64,000 nt of DNA from assembly GCA_900318145.1 (NCBI GenBank), contig ONJM01000008.1, forward strand, positions 19,388 to 83,387, in the 5' to 3' direction. The notes beneath the pieces are model-generated. The model made no database searches. It had not been told where the DNA came from and worked only from the letters and a program-made list of their open reading frames with translations. The translations under genes were made by a program, and so were the position numbers. Positions 1 to 10,209 of the stretch are shown here, in pieces. The DNA comes from an uncultured Eubacteriales bacterium. GTDB lineage: Bacteria > Bacillota > Clostridia > Christensenellales > Aristaeellaceae. Numbering within the stretch: position 1 is the first letter of the stretch; each line of letters starts with the position of its first letter.

Positions 1-389
1 CCCGGGCCAAATCCGCCGCGCTGCGCACCGTGGCGGAGCCCCGCTGCAGCGAGCATCACCTGGGCCTCGCCTTCGATGTCAACGTTCCCGGCACCACCTT
101 CAAGGGGACGAAACAGTGCAAATGGCTCCACGCCCACTGCTGGGAATACGGCTTCATCGTCCGGTATCAGGAGGACAAAACCAAAGTCACGGGGTTTGCT
201 GCCGAAGCCTGGCATATCCGCTATGTCGGCGTGGAGCATTCCCTGTATATGCGCGACAACAATTTCTGCCTCGAGGAATACCTGGAGGCGGTGCAGGCGG
301 AGCCGGAGCCTGGCCTGATCGTTGAGGATATGGATGAAGATGAAATCGACTTCGAAACGCTTTTCGCCGGAAAAAAGCCGGCTGCCTGA
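1..389 (+). CDS. M15B/VanY-type D-alanyl-D-alanine carboxypeptidase, 3' part (truncated by window edge)
   Basis: SEHHLGLAFD (SxHxxGxAxD) and EAWHIRYVG zinc-peptidase motifs; acidic C-terminal tail. Confidence 0.88.
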   Translation, partial: RAKSAALRTVAEPRCSEHHLGLAFDVNVPGTTFKGTKQCKWLHAHCWEYGFIVRYQEDKTKVTGFAAEAWHIRYVGVEHSLYMRDNNFCLEEYLEAVQAEPEPGLIVEDMDEDEIDFETLFAGKKPAA

Positions 390-452
390 CGGAAACCGCC
401 GCAGCCGGCTGTAACAGTATGCTTCCCGGACCGGCACCCCGCCGGTTCTTTC

Positions 453-2375
453 TTATTCCAGTTCAAACGCGCCGGTATACAGCTGGTAATACTGCCCCTT
501 CTGGGCGATCAGCTGTTCGTGGCTGCCGCGCTCGATAATCCGTCCGTGGTCCAACACCATGATGACGTCGCTGTTCTGCACGGTGGACAGCCGGTGGGCG
601 ATCACGAACACCGTCCGGCCTTCCATCAGCTGGTCCATGCCCTTCTGCACCAGCGCCTCCGTGCGCGTGTCGATGGAGGAGGTCGCCTCGTCCAGGATCA
701 TGACCGGCGGATCCGCCACCGCCGCCCGGGCGATGGAAATCAGCTGCCGCTGTCCCTGGCTCAGGCCGCTGCCGTCGCCCTTGAGCACAGTCTGGTAGCC
801 TTCCGGCAGGCGGGTGATGAAATCGTCCGCGTTCGCCAGCTTTGCCGCGGCGATGCATTCCTCGTCCGTGGCGTCCAGCTTTCCGTAACGGATGTTGTCC
901 ATCACGGTGCCGGTAAACAGGTTCACGTCCTGCAGCACCACGCCCAGGGATTTGCGCAGGTCCGATTTGCAGATCTTGTTGATATTGATGCCGTCATAGC
1001 GGATCTTTCCGTCCGCGATATCGTAGAACCGGTTGATCAGATTGGTGATCGTCGTCTTTCCCGCGCCGGTGGCGCCGACAAAAGCGACCTTCTGCCCCGG
1101 CCGGGCGTACAGCGATATATCATGCAGCACGGGCTTTTCCGGAACGTACGCGAAATCCACGTCCACCATCACCACGTCGCCCGCCAGCTTCGTATAGGTC
1201 ACGCTGCCGTCGGCGCTGTGGGGATGCTTCCAGGCCCACATTCCGGTCCGCTCTTCGGCCTCCGTCAGTTCGCCGTTCACTTCCTTCGCGTTCACCAGGT
1301 GCACATAGCCATGGTCCTCTTCCGGTTCTTCGTCCATCAGCTTGAAAATCCGCTCCGCGCCGGCAACCGCCATGGCGATGAAGCTGATCTGCTGCGCCAT
1401 CTGGTTGATGGGCATCATGAAGTTCCGGCTCAGGGTCAGGAACGCGGCGATGCTGCCCAGCGTCAGCGGTCCGACGCCGCCCAGGCTCAGGTTGGTCACG
1501 TTGCTGATGGCCAGCGCGCCGCCCGCGATGGCAAGCACGATGTACAGCAGGTGGCCCATATTGTTGTTCACCGGGCCGAGGATGTTGCCCAGCTTGTTCG
1601 CTTCCGTGGCGTTTTCGCACAGCTCGTCGTTCCGCCGGTCGAATTCCTCCTTCGCTTCCGGTTCATGGTTGAACACCTTGACCACCTTCTGGCCGTTCAC
1701 CATCTCTTCCACATAGCCGTTCAGGGAGGCCAGGGATTTCTGCTGTTTCATGAAGAACTGCGCGCTGCCGCTGCCGATCTTCATCGTAACCTTCAGCATG
1801 AAGAAGGTGCCGGCGATCATCAGCAGTGTCAGCCATACGCTGCAGCGCAGCATGGAAATGAACACAACCGTCAGCGTGATCAGGGAGGAAACCGTCTGCG
1901 GCAGCACCTGGCTCACCAGCTGGCGCAGGGTGTCCGCGTCGTTGGTATAGTGGCTCATGACCTCGCCGTGGGTATGGGTGTCGAAATAACGGATCGGCAG
2001 AGTCTGCATATGCGTGAACATCTCGTCCCGCACCTTCCGCAGCACGCTCTGGCTGATCACAGCCATGATCCGGGCCTGCGCGTACGTGGCGATGATCGCC
2101 AGCGCGTAGATCACGGCCATCCGGATGATCGCGCTCACCAGCCCGCCGAAATCAGGATTGGCCTGGGCGAGCATCGGCATGATATGGTCGTCGATAACCT
2201 CTCCGAGGAAATTCGCCGCGGAAGCCGTCGCCACCGCGTTCAGGATCACGCAGCCGAACACCAGGATCAGCCGTGCCCAGTACGGTTTCACGTATCCCAG
2301 CAGGCGCTTCACGGTCTCTTTGCTGATCGGTTTGCGGGGCCCGCCCATTGCCATGGCCATTCTCCGGTTACTCAT
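453..2375 (-). CDS. ABC exporter, fused permease/ATPase (heterodimer subunit with consensus site)
   Basis: TM domain + GATGAGKT, LSQGQRQ, ILDEATS, IAHRLST. Start MSNRR at 2375 overlaps the stop of the upstream partner. Confidence 0.93.
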   Translation of the reverse strand: MSNRRMAMAMGGPRKPISKETVKRLLGYVKPYWARLILVFGCVILNAVATASAANFLGEVIDDHIMPMLAQANPDFGGLVSAIIRMAVIYALAIIATYAQARIMAVISQSVLRKVRDEMFTHMQTLPIRYFDTHTHGEVMSHYTNDADTLRQLVSQVLPQTVSSLITLTVVFISMLRCSVWLTLLMIAGTFFMLKVTMKIGSGSAQFFMKQQKSLASLNGYVEEMVNGQKVVKVFNHEPEAKEEFDRRNDELCENATEANKLGNILGPVNNNMGHLLYIVLAIAGGALAISNVTNLSLGGVGPLTLGSIAAFLTLSRNFMMPINQMAQQISFIAMAVAGAERIFKLMDEEPEEDHGYVHLVNAKEVNGELTEAEERTGMWAWKHPHSADGSVTYTKLAGDVVMVDVDFAYVPEKPVLHDISLYARPGQKVAFVGATGAGKTTITNLINRFYDIADGKIRYDGININKICKSDLRKSLGVVLQDVNLFTGTVMDNIRYGKLDATDEECIAAAKLANADDFITRLPEGYQTVLKGDGSGLSQGQRQLISIARAAVADPPVMILDEATSSIDTRTEALVQKGMDQLMEGRTVFVIAHRLSTVQNSDVIMVLDHGRIIERGSHEQLIAQKGQYYQLYTGAFELE

Positions 2376-4131
2376 CCGCGCCGCCCCCTTTCGTCTGGGA
2401 CTCGTAGACTTCCCGGTAGATTCCGCACCGCTCCAGCAGCTCCTCGTGGGTGCCGGTGTCCGCCACCCGGCCGTTGTCCAGCACGACAATCATGTCCGCG
2501 TCCTGCACGGAGGATACGCGCTGGGCGATAATCAGCTTGGTCGTCTCCGGAATGTAGCTCCGGAAGCCCGCGCGGATCAGCGCGTCCGTCCGGGTATCCA
2601 CGGCGCTGGTGCTGTCGTCCAGGATCAGGATTTTCGGTTTTTTCAGCAGCGCCCGGGCGATGCACAGCCGCTGCTTCTGCCCGCCGGAAACGTTGGTTCC
2701 GCCCTGTTCGATTTTCGTTTCATACTTGTCCGGGAAATCCTGGATAAACGGATCCGCCTGCGCCAGGCGGCAGGCCTCCTCCATCTCTTCGTCCGTGGCG
2801 TTCTCGTTGCCCCAGCGCAGGTTTTCACGGATCGTGCCGCTGAACAGCTCGTTCTTCTGCAGCACCATGGCCACGCTGTCCCGCAGCGCGGTCAGGTCAT
2901 ATTCCTTCGCGTCCACCCCGCCGATCCGGACTGTGCCCTTCGTCGCGTCGTACAGCCGGGGAATCAGCTGCACCAGCGAGCTCTTGCCGCTGCCGGTGCC
3001 GCCCAGGATACCGACCACCGCCCCGGAGGGAATATGCAGGTCGATGTCCTCCAGCGTCTCCCGTTCGCTGTCCTTCGCGTAGCTGAAGCTGACATGGTCA
3101 AAATCAATGGAGCCGTCCCGGACTTCCGTTACCGCGTTTTCGGGGGATTCGATGTCCGGCTCCTCCTCCAGCACCTCCACGATACGCTGGGCGGAAGCCC
3201 GGCTCATGGTAATCATCAGGAACGTGAAGGAGACCATCATCAGGCTGGAAAGGATCTGGATCACATAGGTGATCAGGCTCATCAGCTGCCCCGTCGTCAG
3301 GCCCGCTGCAGGATCGTTGCCGGAGGCGATGATCGCCTTCGCCCCCAGCCAGGAGATCACCAGCGTACAGGTGTAGATGCAGGTCATCATCAGCGGGCTC
3401 ATCAGGGCGATGTTCCGCTCCGCCTTGACAAAGTCCGTGTAAATGGAGCCGGAAATCCCGGTAAATTTCTTTGTCTCGTAATCCTCGCGCACGAAATTCT
3501 TGACCACCCGGATGCCGTGCAGGTTCTCCTGCACCACGTTGTTCAGCTTGTCGTAGGTCTTGAATACCCGCTGAAAAATCGGATGTGTCCGGCTCATGAT
3601 CATGTAGATCCCGAAGCCCAGCACCGGGAGCGTGAACAGGAATACCGTGGAAATCCGTGCGTTGATCGTCATTGCCATGATCAGCGAGAACAGCAGCGTC
3701 AGCGGCGCGCGCACCGCCATCCGCAGAATCGTCTGGAAGCTGTTCTGCACGTTCGTCACGTCCGTGGTCAGCCGCGTGATGATGGAGGAGGTGCTGAATT
3801 TATCGATATTGGAAAAGGAATAGTCCTGAATCCGGTAGTACATGTCGTGCCGCAGGTTCCGCGCGAAACCGGCGGAGGACACCGCTGCCATCCGTCCGCT
3901 CATCACACCCGAAAGCAGTGAAACCAAAGCGGCAGCCAGCAGGAGCCCGCCGTACAGAAAAACCTGTTCCATGCTGCCGGGCCGCGCGTCCGTCCCGATT
4001 CCCCGGTCGATCAGCATCGCCATAATCATCGGGATCAGCGCTTCCATCGCCACCTCTCCTACCATGAAAAGGGGCGTGGCGATCGCCTGTCTCTTATACT
4101 GCCGGACTCTTGACGCCAGTTTTTTGATCAT
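2368..4131 (-). CDS. ABC exporter, fused permease/ATPase (heterodimer subunit with degenerate site)
   Basis: GGTGSGKS, VSGGQKQR, degenerate ILDDSTS and IAQRVSS typical of TM287/TM288-type pairs. Confidence 0.93.
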   Translation of the reverse strand: MIKKLASRVRQYKRQAIATPLFMVGEVAMEALIPMIMAMLIDRGIGTDARPGSMEQVFLYGGLLLAAALVSLLSGVMSGRMAAVSSAGFARNLRHDMYYRIQDYSFSNIDKFSTSSIITRLTTDVTNVQNSFQTILRMAVRAPLTLLFSLIMAMTINARISTVFLFTLPVLGFGIYMIMSRTHPIFQRVFKTYDKLNNVVQENLHGIRVVKNFVREDYETKKFTGISGSIYTDFVKAERNIALMSPLMMTCIYTCTLVISWLGAKAIIASGNDPAAGLTTGQLMSLITYVIQILSSLMMVSFTFLMITMSRASAQRIVEVLEEEPDIESPENAVTEVRDGSIDFDHVSFSYAKDSERETLEDIDLHIPSGAVVGILGGTGSGKSSLVQLIPRLYDATKGTVRIGGVDAKEYDLTALRDSVAMVLQKNELFSGTIRENLRWGNENATDEEMEEACRLAQADPFIQDFPDKYETKIEQGGTNVSGGQKQRLCIARALLKKPKILILDDSTSAVDTRTDALIRAGFRSYIPETTKLIIAQRVSSVQDADMIVVLDNGRVADTGTHEELLERCGIYREVYESQTKGGGADE

Positions 4132-4348
4132 TCGTTCCGGTCCTCTCTTCCCCCGCGGAGTACCCGCGCTGTTATTGATTGCTTGCGGCTGCCGGCCGCC
4201 ATCCGCCGGCCTCTGACCATTAATCTACCACAAACCGGCCGCGACTTCAACGCAGAGTCCGGGTGTTTTTCATTCGTTTTTTTCTTGTTCCGCCCTGTGC
4301 TCCATGGTAAAATAATAAGGATATCCTGTATGGAAAGGACTTTGCCGC

Positions 4349-5335
4349 ATGAGGAAGCTGCTCGCCTGTCTGCTCTGCTTTTTCTGCCTGTTCAGCGCCG
4401 CTTCGGCCGGGCAGGTTTCTTTCGGCGATGTCTCCTTTGATTCGGCAGCCGAAACGGTCGATCTGGGGGACCGGGCCGTCGGATCGAAGGAATGGCCGGA
4501 ATTCATTGCCTTCCTGAAGGAGTTCCCGAACCTGAAAAGGGTGGATATGTTCGCCACGCAGATCGACCGGGATCATGTGAGCCTGCTGGAAAATGCCCTG
4601 CCGGGCGTGGCGTTCGGCTGGAAGCTGCAGCTCATGAAGTATAAAAACAAACACATCGTCCGCACCGACGCGGACTATTTCTCCACCCTGCACGGCCAGT
4701 GTCCGAACCATAATGACAGCGATTTCCTGCTGATCGGATACTGCACCGGCCTCCTGGCCCTGGATCTGGGGCACAACTACCTGAAGGACCTTTCTTTCCT
4801 GCGGAACATGCCGCGCCTGCGGGTGCTGATCCTGGGTGAAAACCCGACCCTGAAAAACATCGACCCCATCTCGGAGCTGCGGGACCTGGAATATCTGGAG
4901 CTCTTCACCTGCGGCATCACGGACATCTCTCCCCTCGCGAAGCTCCCGAACCTGACCGACCTGAATCTGTGCAACAACAAGGTGCAGGACTGGCGCCCGC
5001 TGAAAGAGATGAAACAGCTCCGGCGCCTGTGGATCTCTGGCATGTGCGCGAAAAAGATGACCGCGGAGGAAAGGCGGGAGCTTCAGGAAGCGCTGCCGGA
5101 TACGGAAATCGTATTCAGCAGCAAAAGCCCGACCTCCGGCGGCTGGCGCTTCTTTAACGACAGCAAAGGCAACAAGGACCCGGAAAACAGGGTCCCCCAC
5201 TATGACGTGATTTACAGGATGTCCCAGGAAAACCGCTATATCCCGTTTGAGGAATCTCCGCCGCTTCCCGGGGAGGAAGCGCCTTCTCTCGTCACAGAAG
5301 ATATTGAAGAAATACTTCCTGTCCCCGGCGAATGA
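4349..5335 (+). CDS. Secreted leucine-rich-repeat protein
   Basis: Signal peptide MRKLLACLLCFFCLFSAASA; internalin-like LRRs (LxxLDLGHN, LEYLELFTCGITDISPL, LTDLNLCNN). Confidence 0.8.
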   Translation: MRKLLACLLCFFCLFSAASAGQVSFGDVSFDSAAETVDLGDRAVGSKEWPEFIAFLKEFPNLKRVDMFATQIDRDHVSLLENALPGVAFGWKLQLMKYKNKHIVRTDADYFSTLHGQCPNHNDSDFLLIGYCTGLLALDLGHNYLKDLSFLRNMPRLRVLILGENPTLKNIDPISELRDLEYLELFTCGITDISPLAKLPNLTDLNLCNNKVQDWRPLKEMKQLRRLWISGMCAKKMTAEERRELQEALPDTEIVFSSKSPTSGGWRFFNDSKGNKDPENRVPHYDVIYRMSQENRYIPFEESPPLPGEEAPSLVTEDIEEILPVPGE

Positions 5336-5350
5336 TCCCGCCGCCTGTCG

Positions 5351-5383
5351 CTCCCCGTGTCATCCTGAACGCGGTAAAGCATC
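5351..5383 (+). repeat. REP-like dispersed repeat, copy 1 (CCCGTGTCATCCTGA-N8-AAG.ATC)
   Basis: Similar sequence at 12507-12539, 12542-12575 and 26369-26400. Confidence 0.7.
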
Positions 5384-5427
5384 TTCCTTTACCCTGAAGA
5401 ATCATATAAAGAAAGAAGGAACCAGCC

Positions 5428-6699
5428 ATGCCATCCATCGAGACCCTCTGCATCCAGAGCGGCTATACGCCGAAGAACGGAGAACCCCGCCAGATCCCGA
5501 TCATCCAGTCCACCACCTTCAAGTATGACACCAGCGAAGATATGGGAAAGCTGTTCGATCTGGAAGCTTCCGGATATTTCTATTCCCGCCTGCAGAACCC
5601 CACCTGCGACATGGTCGCCGCGAAAATCTGCGCGCTGGAGGGCGGATCCGCCGCGATGCTGACCTCCTCCGGCCAGGCCGCCAATTTCTACGCGGTGTTC
5701 AACATCGCCAACGTCGGGGATCATGTGGTGGCCTGCTCCGCCATCTACGGCGGCACCTACAATCTCTTTGCCGTCACCATGAAAAAAATGGGAATCGATT
5801 TTACTTTCGTTTCCCCGGACTGCACCGCGGAGGAGCTGGACGCCGCCTTCCGGCCCAACACAAAGGCTGTCTTCGGCGAGACCATTGCCAATCCCGCGCT
5901 GTGCGTGCTGGATATTGAGCTGTTTGCCGAAGCGGCGCACCGTCACGGTGTTCCGCTGATCGTGGACAACACCTTCGCCACACCTGTCAACTGCCGTCCC
6001 ATCGAATGGGGCGCGGATATCGTAACCCATTCCACCACCAAGTACATGGACGGGCACGGCAGCGCCGTGGGCGGCTGTATCGTGGACAGCGGCAGGTTCG
6101 ACTGGACCGCGGATCCGGAAAAGTTCCCCGGCCTCACCACGCCGGATGAAAGCTACCACGGCATCGTCTACACCGAGAAATTCGGCCTGGCCGGCGCCTT
6201 TATCACCAAGGCGACCAGCCAGCTCATGCGCGACTTCGGTTCCGTCCAGAGCCCGCAGAGCGCCTTCCTGCTGAATCTGGGGCTGGAAAGCCTGCATGTC
6301 CGGATGCACCGCCACTGCGAAAACGCCCAGGCTGTCGCGGAATTCCTTTCCGGCCATGAAAAAATCGCCTGGGTCAGCTACTGCGGCCTCCCCGGCGATA
6401 AATACCATGAACGGGCCCGGAAGTATCTTCCGGAAGGTTCCTGCGGCGTTGTCTCCTTCGGCGTCAAAGGCGGCCGGAAAGCGGCGGAAGCCTTCATGAA
6501 GAAGCTGAAGGTGGCCGCCATCGAGACGCATGTGGCGGATGCCCGCACCTGCTGCCTCCATCCCGCCAGCGCCACCCACCGCCAGATGAACGATGAGGAG
6601 CTGCTGGCCGCCGGTGTCTCGCCGGATCTGGTCCGTCTCAGCGTCGGCCTGGAAAGCAAAGAGGACCTGATCGCCGACCTGGCGCAGGCCCTCTCATAA
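5428..6699 (+). CDS. metY: O-acetylhomoserine aminocarboxypropyltransferase (sulfhydrylase)
   Basis: Cys/Met PLP family: YSRLQNPT, IVDNTFATP, HSTTKY, HPASATH, RLSVGLE. Confidence 0.92.
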   Translation: MPSIETLCIQSGYTPKNGEPRQIPIIQSTTFKYDTSEDMGKLFDLEASGYFYSRLQNPTCDMVAAKICALEGGSAAMLTSSGQAANFYAVFNIANVGDHVVACSAIYGGTYNLFAVTMKKMGIDFTFVSPDCTAEELDAAFRPNTKAVFGETIANPALCVLDIELFAEAAHRHGVPLIVDNTFATPVNCRPIEWGADIVTHSTTKYMDGHGSAVGGCIVDSGRFDWTADPEKFPGLTTPDESYHGIVYTEKFGLAGAFITKATSQLMRDFGSVQSPQSAFLLNLGLESLHVRMHRHCENAQAVAEFLSGHEKIAWVSYCGLPGDKYHERARKYLPEGSCGVVSFGVKGGRKAAEAFMKKLKVAAIETHVADARTCCLHPASATHRQMNDEELLAAGVSPDLVRLSVGLESKEDLIADLAQALS

Positions 6700-6720
6700 G
6701 AAGCACTGAACCGTAAACGC

Positions 6721-7185
6721 TTAATCCTGCTTTTCCTTCCCCGCCCTGTGCGCGTGCAGGCCGATCTCGCCGATTTTCAGCAGGTGCAGCAGCTTCAGAA
6801 ACTGGAAGAATTCCGCGAGCTCAATGAACCGCTCGTGCTGAACAAGCCCGAGATAGAAAGGCAGGATCGCCAGAATCTGGATATTTGTCATGAAATCTAT
6901 CATATACCGCCAGTGCGGCCGCGGGTGCCCCTTAAACCGGATGTCCGCTGTCCAGAAGCCGAGGATCAGCTCCAGCGTAAAGATTCCCACCGTGATCGTC
7001 TCAATGATCTCAAAAGTCTCGTGATACGGTTCAAACCGCTCGATATCCCAGATCAGAAAAAAAGTAATGCTCAGAAGGATCAGGACGATCAGCATCCAGC
7101 TGAAAATCCGCGCGGCGGTATTTCCCCGCAGTCCGCCTTCCAGCACTTCCAGCACCCGGTGCTTCAGTCCCTTCCTGCCTTCCAC
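6721..7185 (-). CDS. Ion-transport (Kv S1-S4 voltage-sensor-like) membrane protein without pore domain
   Basis: IFTLELILGFWTAD and ILAILPFYL match Kv S2/S3. GTG start at 7185 follows a G-rich SD; no TxGYG pore. Confidence 0.7.
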   Translation of the reverse strand: MEGRKGLKHRVLEVLEGGLRGNTAARIFSWMLIVLILLSITFFLIWDIERFEPYHETFEIIETITVGIFTLELILGFWTADIRFKGHPRPHWRYMIDFMTNIQILAILPFYLGLVQHERFIELAEFFQFLKLLHLLKIGEIGLHAHRAGKEKQD

Positions 7186-7360
7186 GGAACGTCCCCCCTG
7201 TTTTGTTTTTTCAGAATACACTGCCGGCTCTCTCAACTGTCAGTATATCACTTTTCCTTTGCGATGGCTACCCTCTTCCGCGGCGGCGGGCCTGTCCTTT
7301 TTCCGGATGCTCCGTCGTTCCCCGGCGGCCCTTCCGGCCGTTTTTTTGTCCGGGTGCGGG

Positions 7361-7389
7361 TTGAATTCGTCCGTTGGTACGTTTATAAT
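7361..7389 (+). promoter_or_regulatory. sigma-A promoter of L,D-transpeptidase gene
   Basis: TTGAAT-17 bp-TATAAT. Confidence 0.7.
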
Positions 7390-7452
7390 ATGGAGCAATA
7401 CTTTTTCGCGCTGCTCAGCGGAAACGCGTAAAGGAGTTAAAGGAGTATTTTC

Positions 7453-8769
7453 ATGATTCGGTTCCGGAAACCCGCGGCGCTGTTTGCTGCCGTTCTGATT
7501 CTTTTCTCCGCCGCTCTGGCGGAAGACAACATGGAGGTCGACGATATTTCCATCGATGACCTGCTGGACCAGCCCGCTCCCGAGGAAGAGCAGGCGCCGG
7601 AATCTTCCGGCGAAGTCTTCATCCCATCCCACGGCAGTCCCTGGGATCATGATCTCGGTTCCTCCTACTGGACCACGCCGATGGATATCACCGATGAGGA
7701 AACCGTCTGGAATATGCTGATGGAGCCCATCAATGTAATCGACCTGGGCAGCGGCGCCGGGAAGAACCATTCCCAGCGGACGAAAAAGAACCTGTATATG
7801 TACCGGGAACCGGACGAAAATTCCAAAATCGTCGGGGAAATCACCAATCTTTCCCAGGGTGTCCGCGTCATCGAACACCTGGATAACGGCTGGTCCCTGG
7901 TGGAGTGCTATTCAAGTTCCTTCGCCAACCATCCGAAAACGATGATTTCCGCCTGGAACATTCTGGTTTCCGGCTACATCCGGTCTAAATATCTGACCCA
8001 GGTGCAGCCGACGGATCAGCTTGCCCTCGTTGTGGACAAGCTCTCCCAGCGTCTCTATGTCTTTGCGGAAGGTAAAATGATCGCCGAACTGCTGTGTTCC
8101 ACCGGTCTGGTGCAGAAAAACAGCGACGGGAAATGGCAGCCCTATAACGAGACGCGGTCCGGCGAATTCCTGATCATCAACATGACCGGCAGCCTGGACA
8201 GCGATAAGCTGAAATGCGCCTACGCGATGCGTTTCAACGCGGGAGATGAGATTCACGAAGTCCCCCACATGGTGGACCCCAGGGATAAAACCTGGAAATA
8301 CAACACCACGGAGCCGTCCCTCGGCTCGAAGAAAAGCCACGGATGCATCCGTGTCCAGCGGCTGACCAACCCCGACGGCATCAACATGAAATGGATCTAT
8401 AACCGGATCTACAGCAAAAAGCTCGTCGGAAAAGTTAAAATCGTAATCTGGGAGGACTGGCAGGGGCGCCAGCTCCCGGTTCCCTCCCCCGACACCGTCC
8501 TGTATTACAATCCGAACAAAGGGCAGTATTACCACAGCGCGGAGCACTGCAACATGGCTTCGAAAATCACCTTCACCCCTTTCCTGTATTCCCAGCTGGA
8601 GGAGGAAGGCTTCTCGAAGCTGAAGGCCTGCAATTTCTGCTCTCCGCCCCGCCGCGAATCGGAGATCCAGGCGATCAACGAAGTCTATGCCCCCGGCGGC
8701 GATCATGAGGAGCGGCTGAATATTCTCCGCCAGGGCTATTATGATTATCTTGCGAAACCCGATCCCTGA
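7453..8769 (+). CDS. L,D-transpeptidase (YkuD) with signal peptide, SH3-like domain and C-terminal Cys/His metal-binding domain
   Basis: IHEVP...SHGCIR catalytic motif; VVDKLSQRLYVF; C-terminal YYHSAEHC...CNFC. Confidence 0.88.
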   Translation: MIRFRKPAALFAAVLILFSAALAEDNMEVDDISIDDLLDQPAPEEEQAPESSGEVFIPSHGSPWDHDLGSSYWTTPMDITDEETVWNMLMEPINVIDLGSGAGKNHSQRTKKNLYMYREPDENSKIVGEITNLSQGVRVIEHLDNGWSLVECYSSSFANHPKTMISAWNILVSGYIRSKYLTQVQPTDQLALVVDKLSQRLYVFAEGKMIAELLCSTGLVQKNSDGKWQPYNETRSGEFLIINMTGSLDSDKLKCAYAMRFNAGDEIHEVPHMVDPRDKTWKYNTTEPSLGSKKSHGCIRVQRLTNPDGINMKWIYNRIYSKKLVGKVKIVIWEDWQGRQLPVPSPDTVLYYNPNKGQYYHSAEHCNMASKITFTPFLYSQLEEEGFSKLKACNFCSPPRRESEIQAINEVYAPGGDHEERLNILRQGYYDYLAKPDP

Positions 8770-8784
8770 TACAGCACTTTTCCC

Positions 8785-8813
8785 TTGCCCTTCCTCCGCA
8801 GGTTTGGTATAAT
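8785..8813 (+). promoter_or_regulatory. sigma-A promoter with extended -10
   Basis: TTGCCC-17 bp-TATAAT, with TGn before the -10. Confidence 0.65.
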
Positions 8814-8856
8814 GGCAAAAGTGTTCCGATATTACTTTATGAACGGAGAGATACCC

Positions 8857-10209
8857 ATGAAAAAGAAAGCTTTGCTGGCCGTTCTCCTGGCCATGTCCCT
8901 GCTGCTTTCCTCCTGTGCCCTCATCGTGAAGGATCCGGCGGTGGACGCCGCTACCGTGATCCTGAAGCTTGGTGACAGGGAAGTCACCAAGGCGGAGGTG
9001 CAGAGAAGCACCACCTACTACCTGAATCAGATGGAGCAGTATAATGCCATGTTCGGCCAGAACCTGGACATCACCAGCCCCGACGTGATCGCCTCCGCGC
9101 AGGATACCGCCGTCGCTCAGCTGAAGCAGGATATGGTGCTGCGCGCCAAGTCCGCGGAGCTGCAGCTGGATCAGCTGACAGAGGAAGAACTTGCCTCCGC
9201 GGAAGAAGACGCTCAGGCAAGCTGGGAAGAACTCAAGGACGATATTAAAAACTACGACCTGTCCGATGAGGAAAAGGCGCTGGAGGGTGAGGAACTGGAA
9301 GCCGCGATCCAGGCCAAGCTGGATGAATACGGCATCAAGTATGAGACCTATCAGGCCCAGGCAAAGGACAATATCGTCAGCAAAAAGCTGAAGGACTATG
9401 TGATCAAAGACGTCGCCGTTACTGACGAGGAAGTCAAAGCCGATTACGACAGCAAGGTGGCCGCCGACGAGGAAAAGTACAAGGAAGACGCGAACGCATG
9501 GGTCTCCGCGGACCAGAACAGCACCACCTTCTACTATACGCCCGCCGGTATCCGCCGCGTGAAGCAGATTCTCATCAAGTTCAAGGCGGACGATCAGGCG
9601 GCGATCGACGAAGCGAAGAAAGCGGTCACCGAAGCCAATAACAATCTGACCGCCGCCCAGGACATCCTAGATGACGAGGAAGCGTCCGCGGAAGACAAGG
9701 CGAAGGCGGAAGAGGATAAGGCAGCCGCGCAGGAAGCCCTGGACGCCGCCAACGCCGCCGTGAAGGAAGCGACCGAAAAGGCTTTTGAAAACCTGGACGC
9801 TGATGCCGATGCCGTACTGGAAGCCCTGGCCGCCGATCCCGACAGCTGGGACAAGCTGCAGGAGGAGAAGAACGAGGATCCCGGCATGAAGCCCGGCGCC
9901 GCTCACGCCGAAAAGGGCTACTCCGTCTGCGAAGGCATGACAAGCTTTGACAGCGCCTTTGTGGAAGCCGCCATGGCCCTGCAGTCCGTTGGGGACACAA
10001 CCGGCAAGATCCGGGGCGAATCCTACGGTTACTACATCATCCGCTATGTGGGCGACGAGCCCGAAGGCCCCGTGGATTTTGATTCCGTAAAGGAAGATCT
10101 TCACAGCAAGCTGCTTTCTGACAAGCAGGATGAAACCTATAAAACCACCGTTGACGGCTGGATCGCCAACGCGGGGATCAAAGAAGATCTGGGAGCCTTG
10201 AAAAACTGA
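8857..10209 (+). CDS. PrsA/SurA-like peptidyl-prolyl isomerase foldase lipoprotein
   Basis: Lipobox LLLSSC; parvulin features (VKQILIK, EDPG, FDSAFVEAA, YGYYII); Ala/Glu coiled-coil insertion. Confidence 0.82.
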   Translation: MKKKALLAVLLAMSLLLSSCALIVKDPAVDAATVILKLGDREVTKAEVQRSTTYYLNQMEQYNAMFGQNLDITSPDVIASAQDTAVAQLKQDMVLRAKSAELQLDQLTEEELASAEEDAQASWEELKDDIKNYDLSDEEKALEGEELEAAIQAKLDEYGIKYETYQAQAKDNIVSKKLKDYVIKDVAVTDEEVKADYDSKVAADEEKYKEDANAWVSADQNSTTFYYTPAGIRRVKQILIKFKADDQAAIDEAKKAVTEANNNLTAAQDILDDEEASAEDKAKAEEDKAAAQEALDAANAAVKEATEKAFENLDADADAVLEALAADPDSWDKLQEEKNEDPGMKPGAAHAEKGYSVCEGMTSFDSAFVEAAMALQSVGDTTGKIRGESYGYYIIRYVGDEPEGPVDFDSVKEDLHSKLLSDKQDETYKTTVDGWIANAGIKEDLGALKN

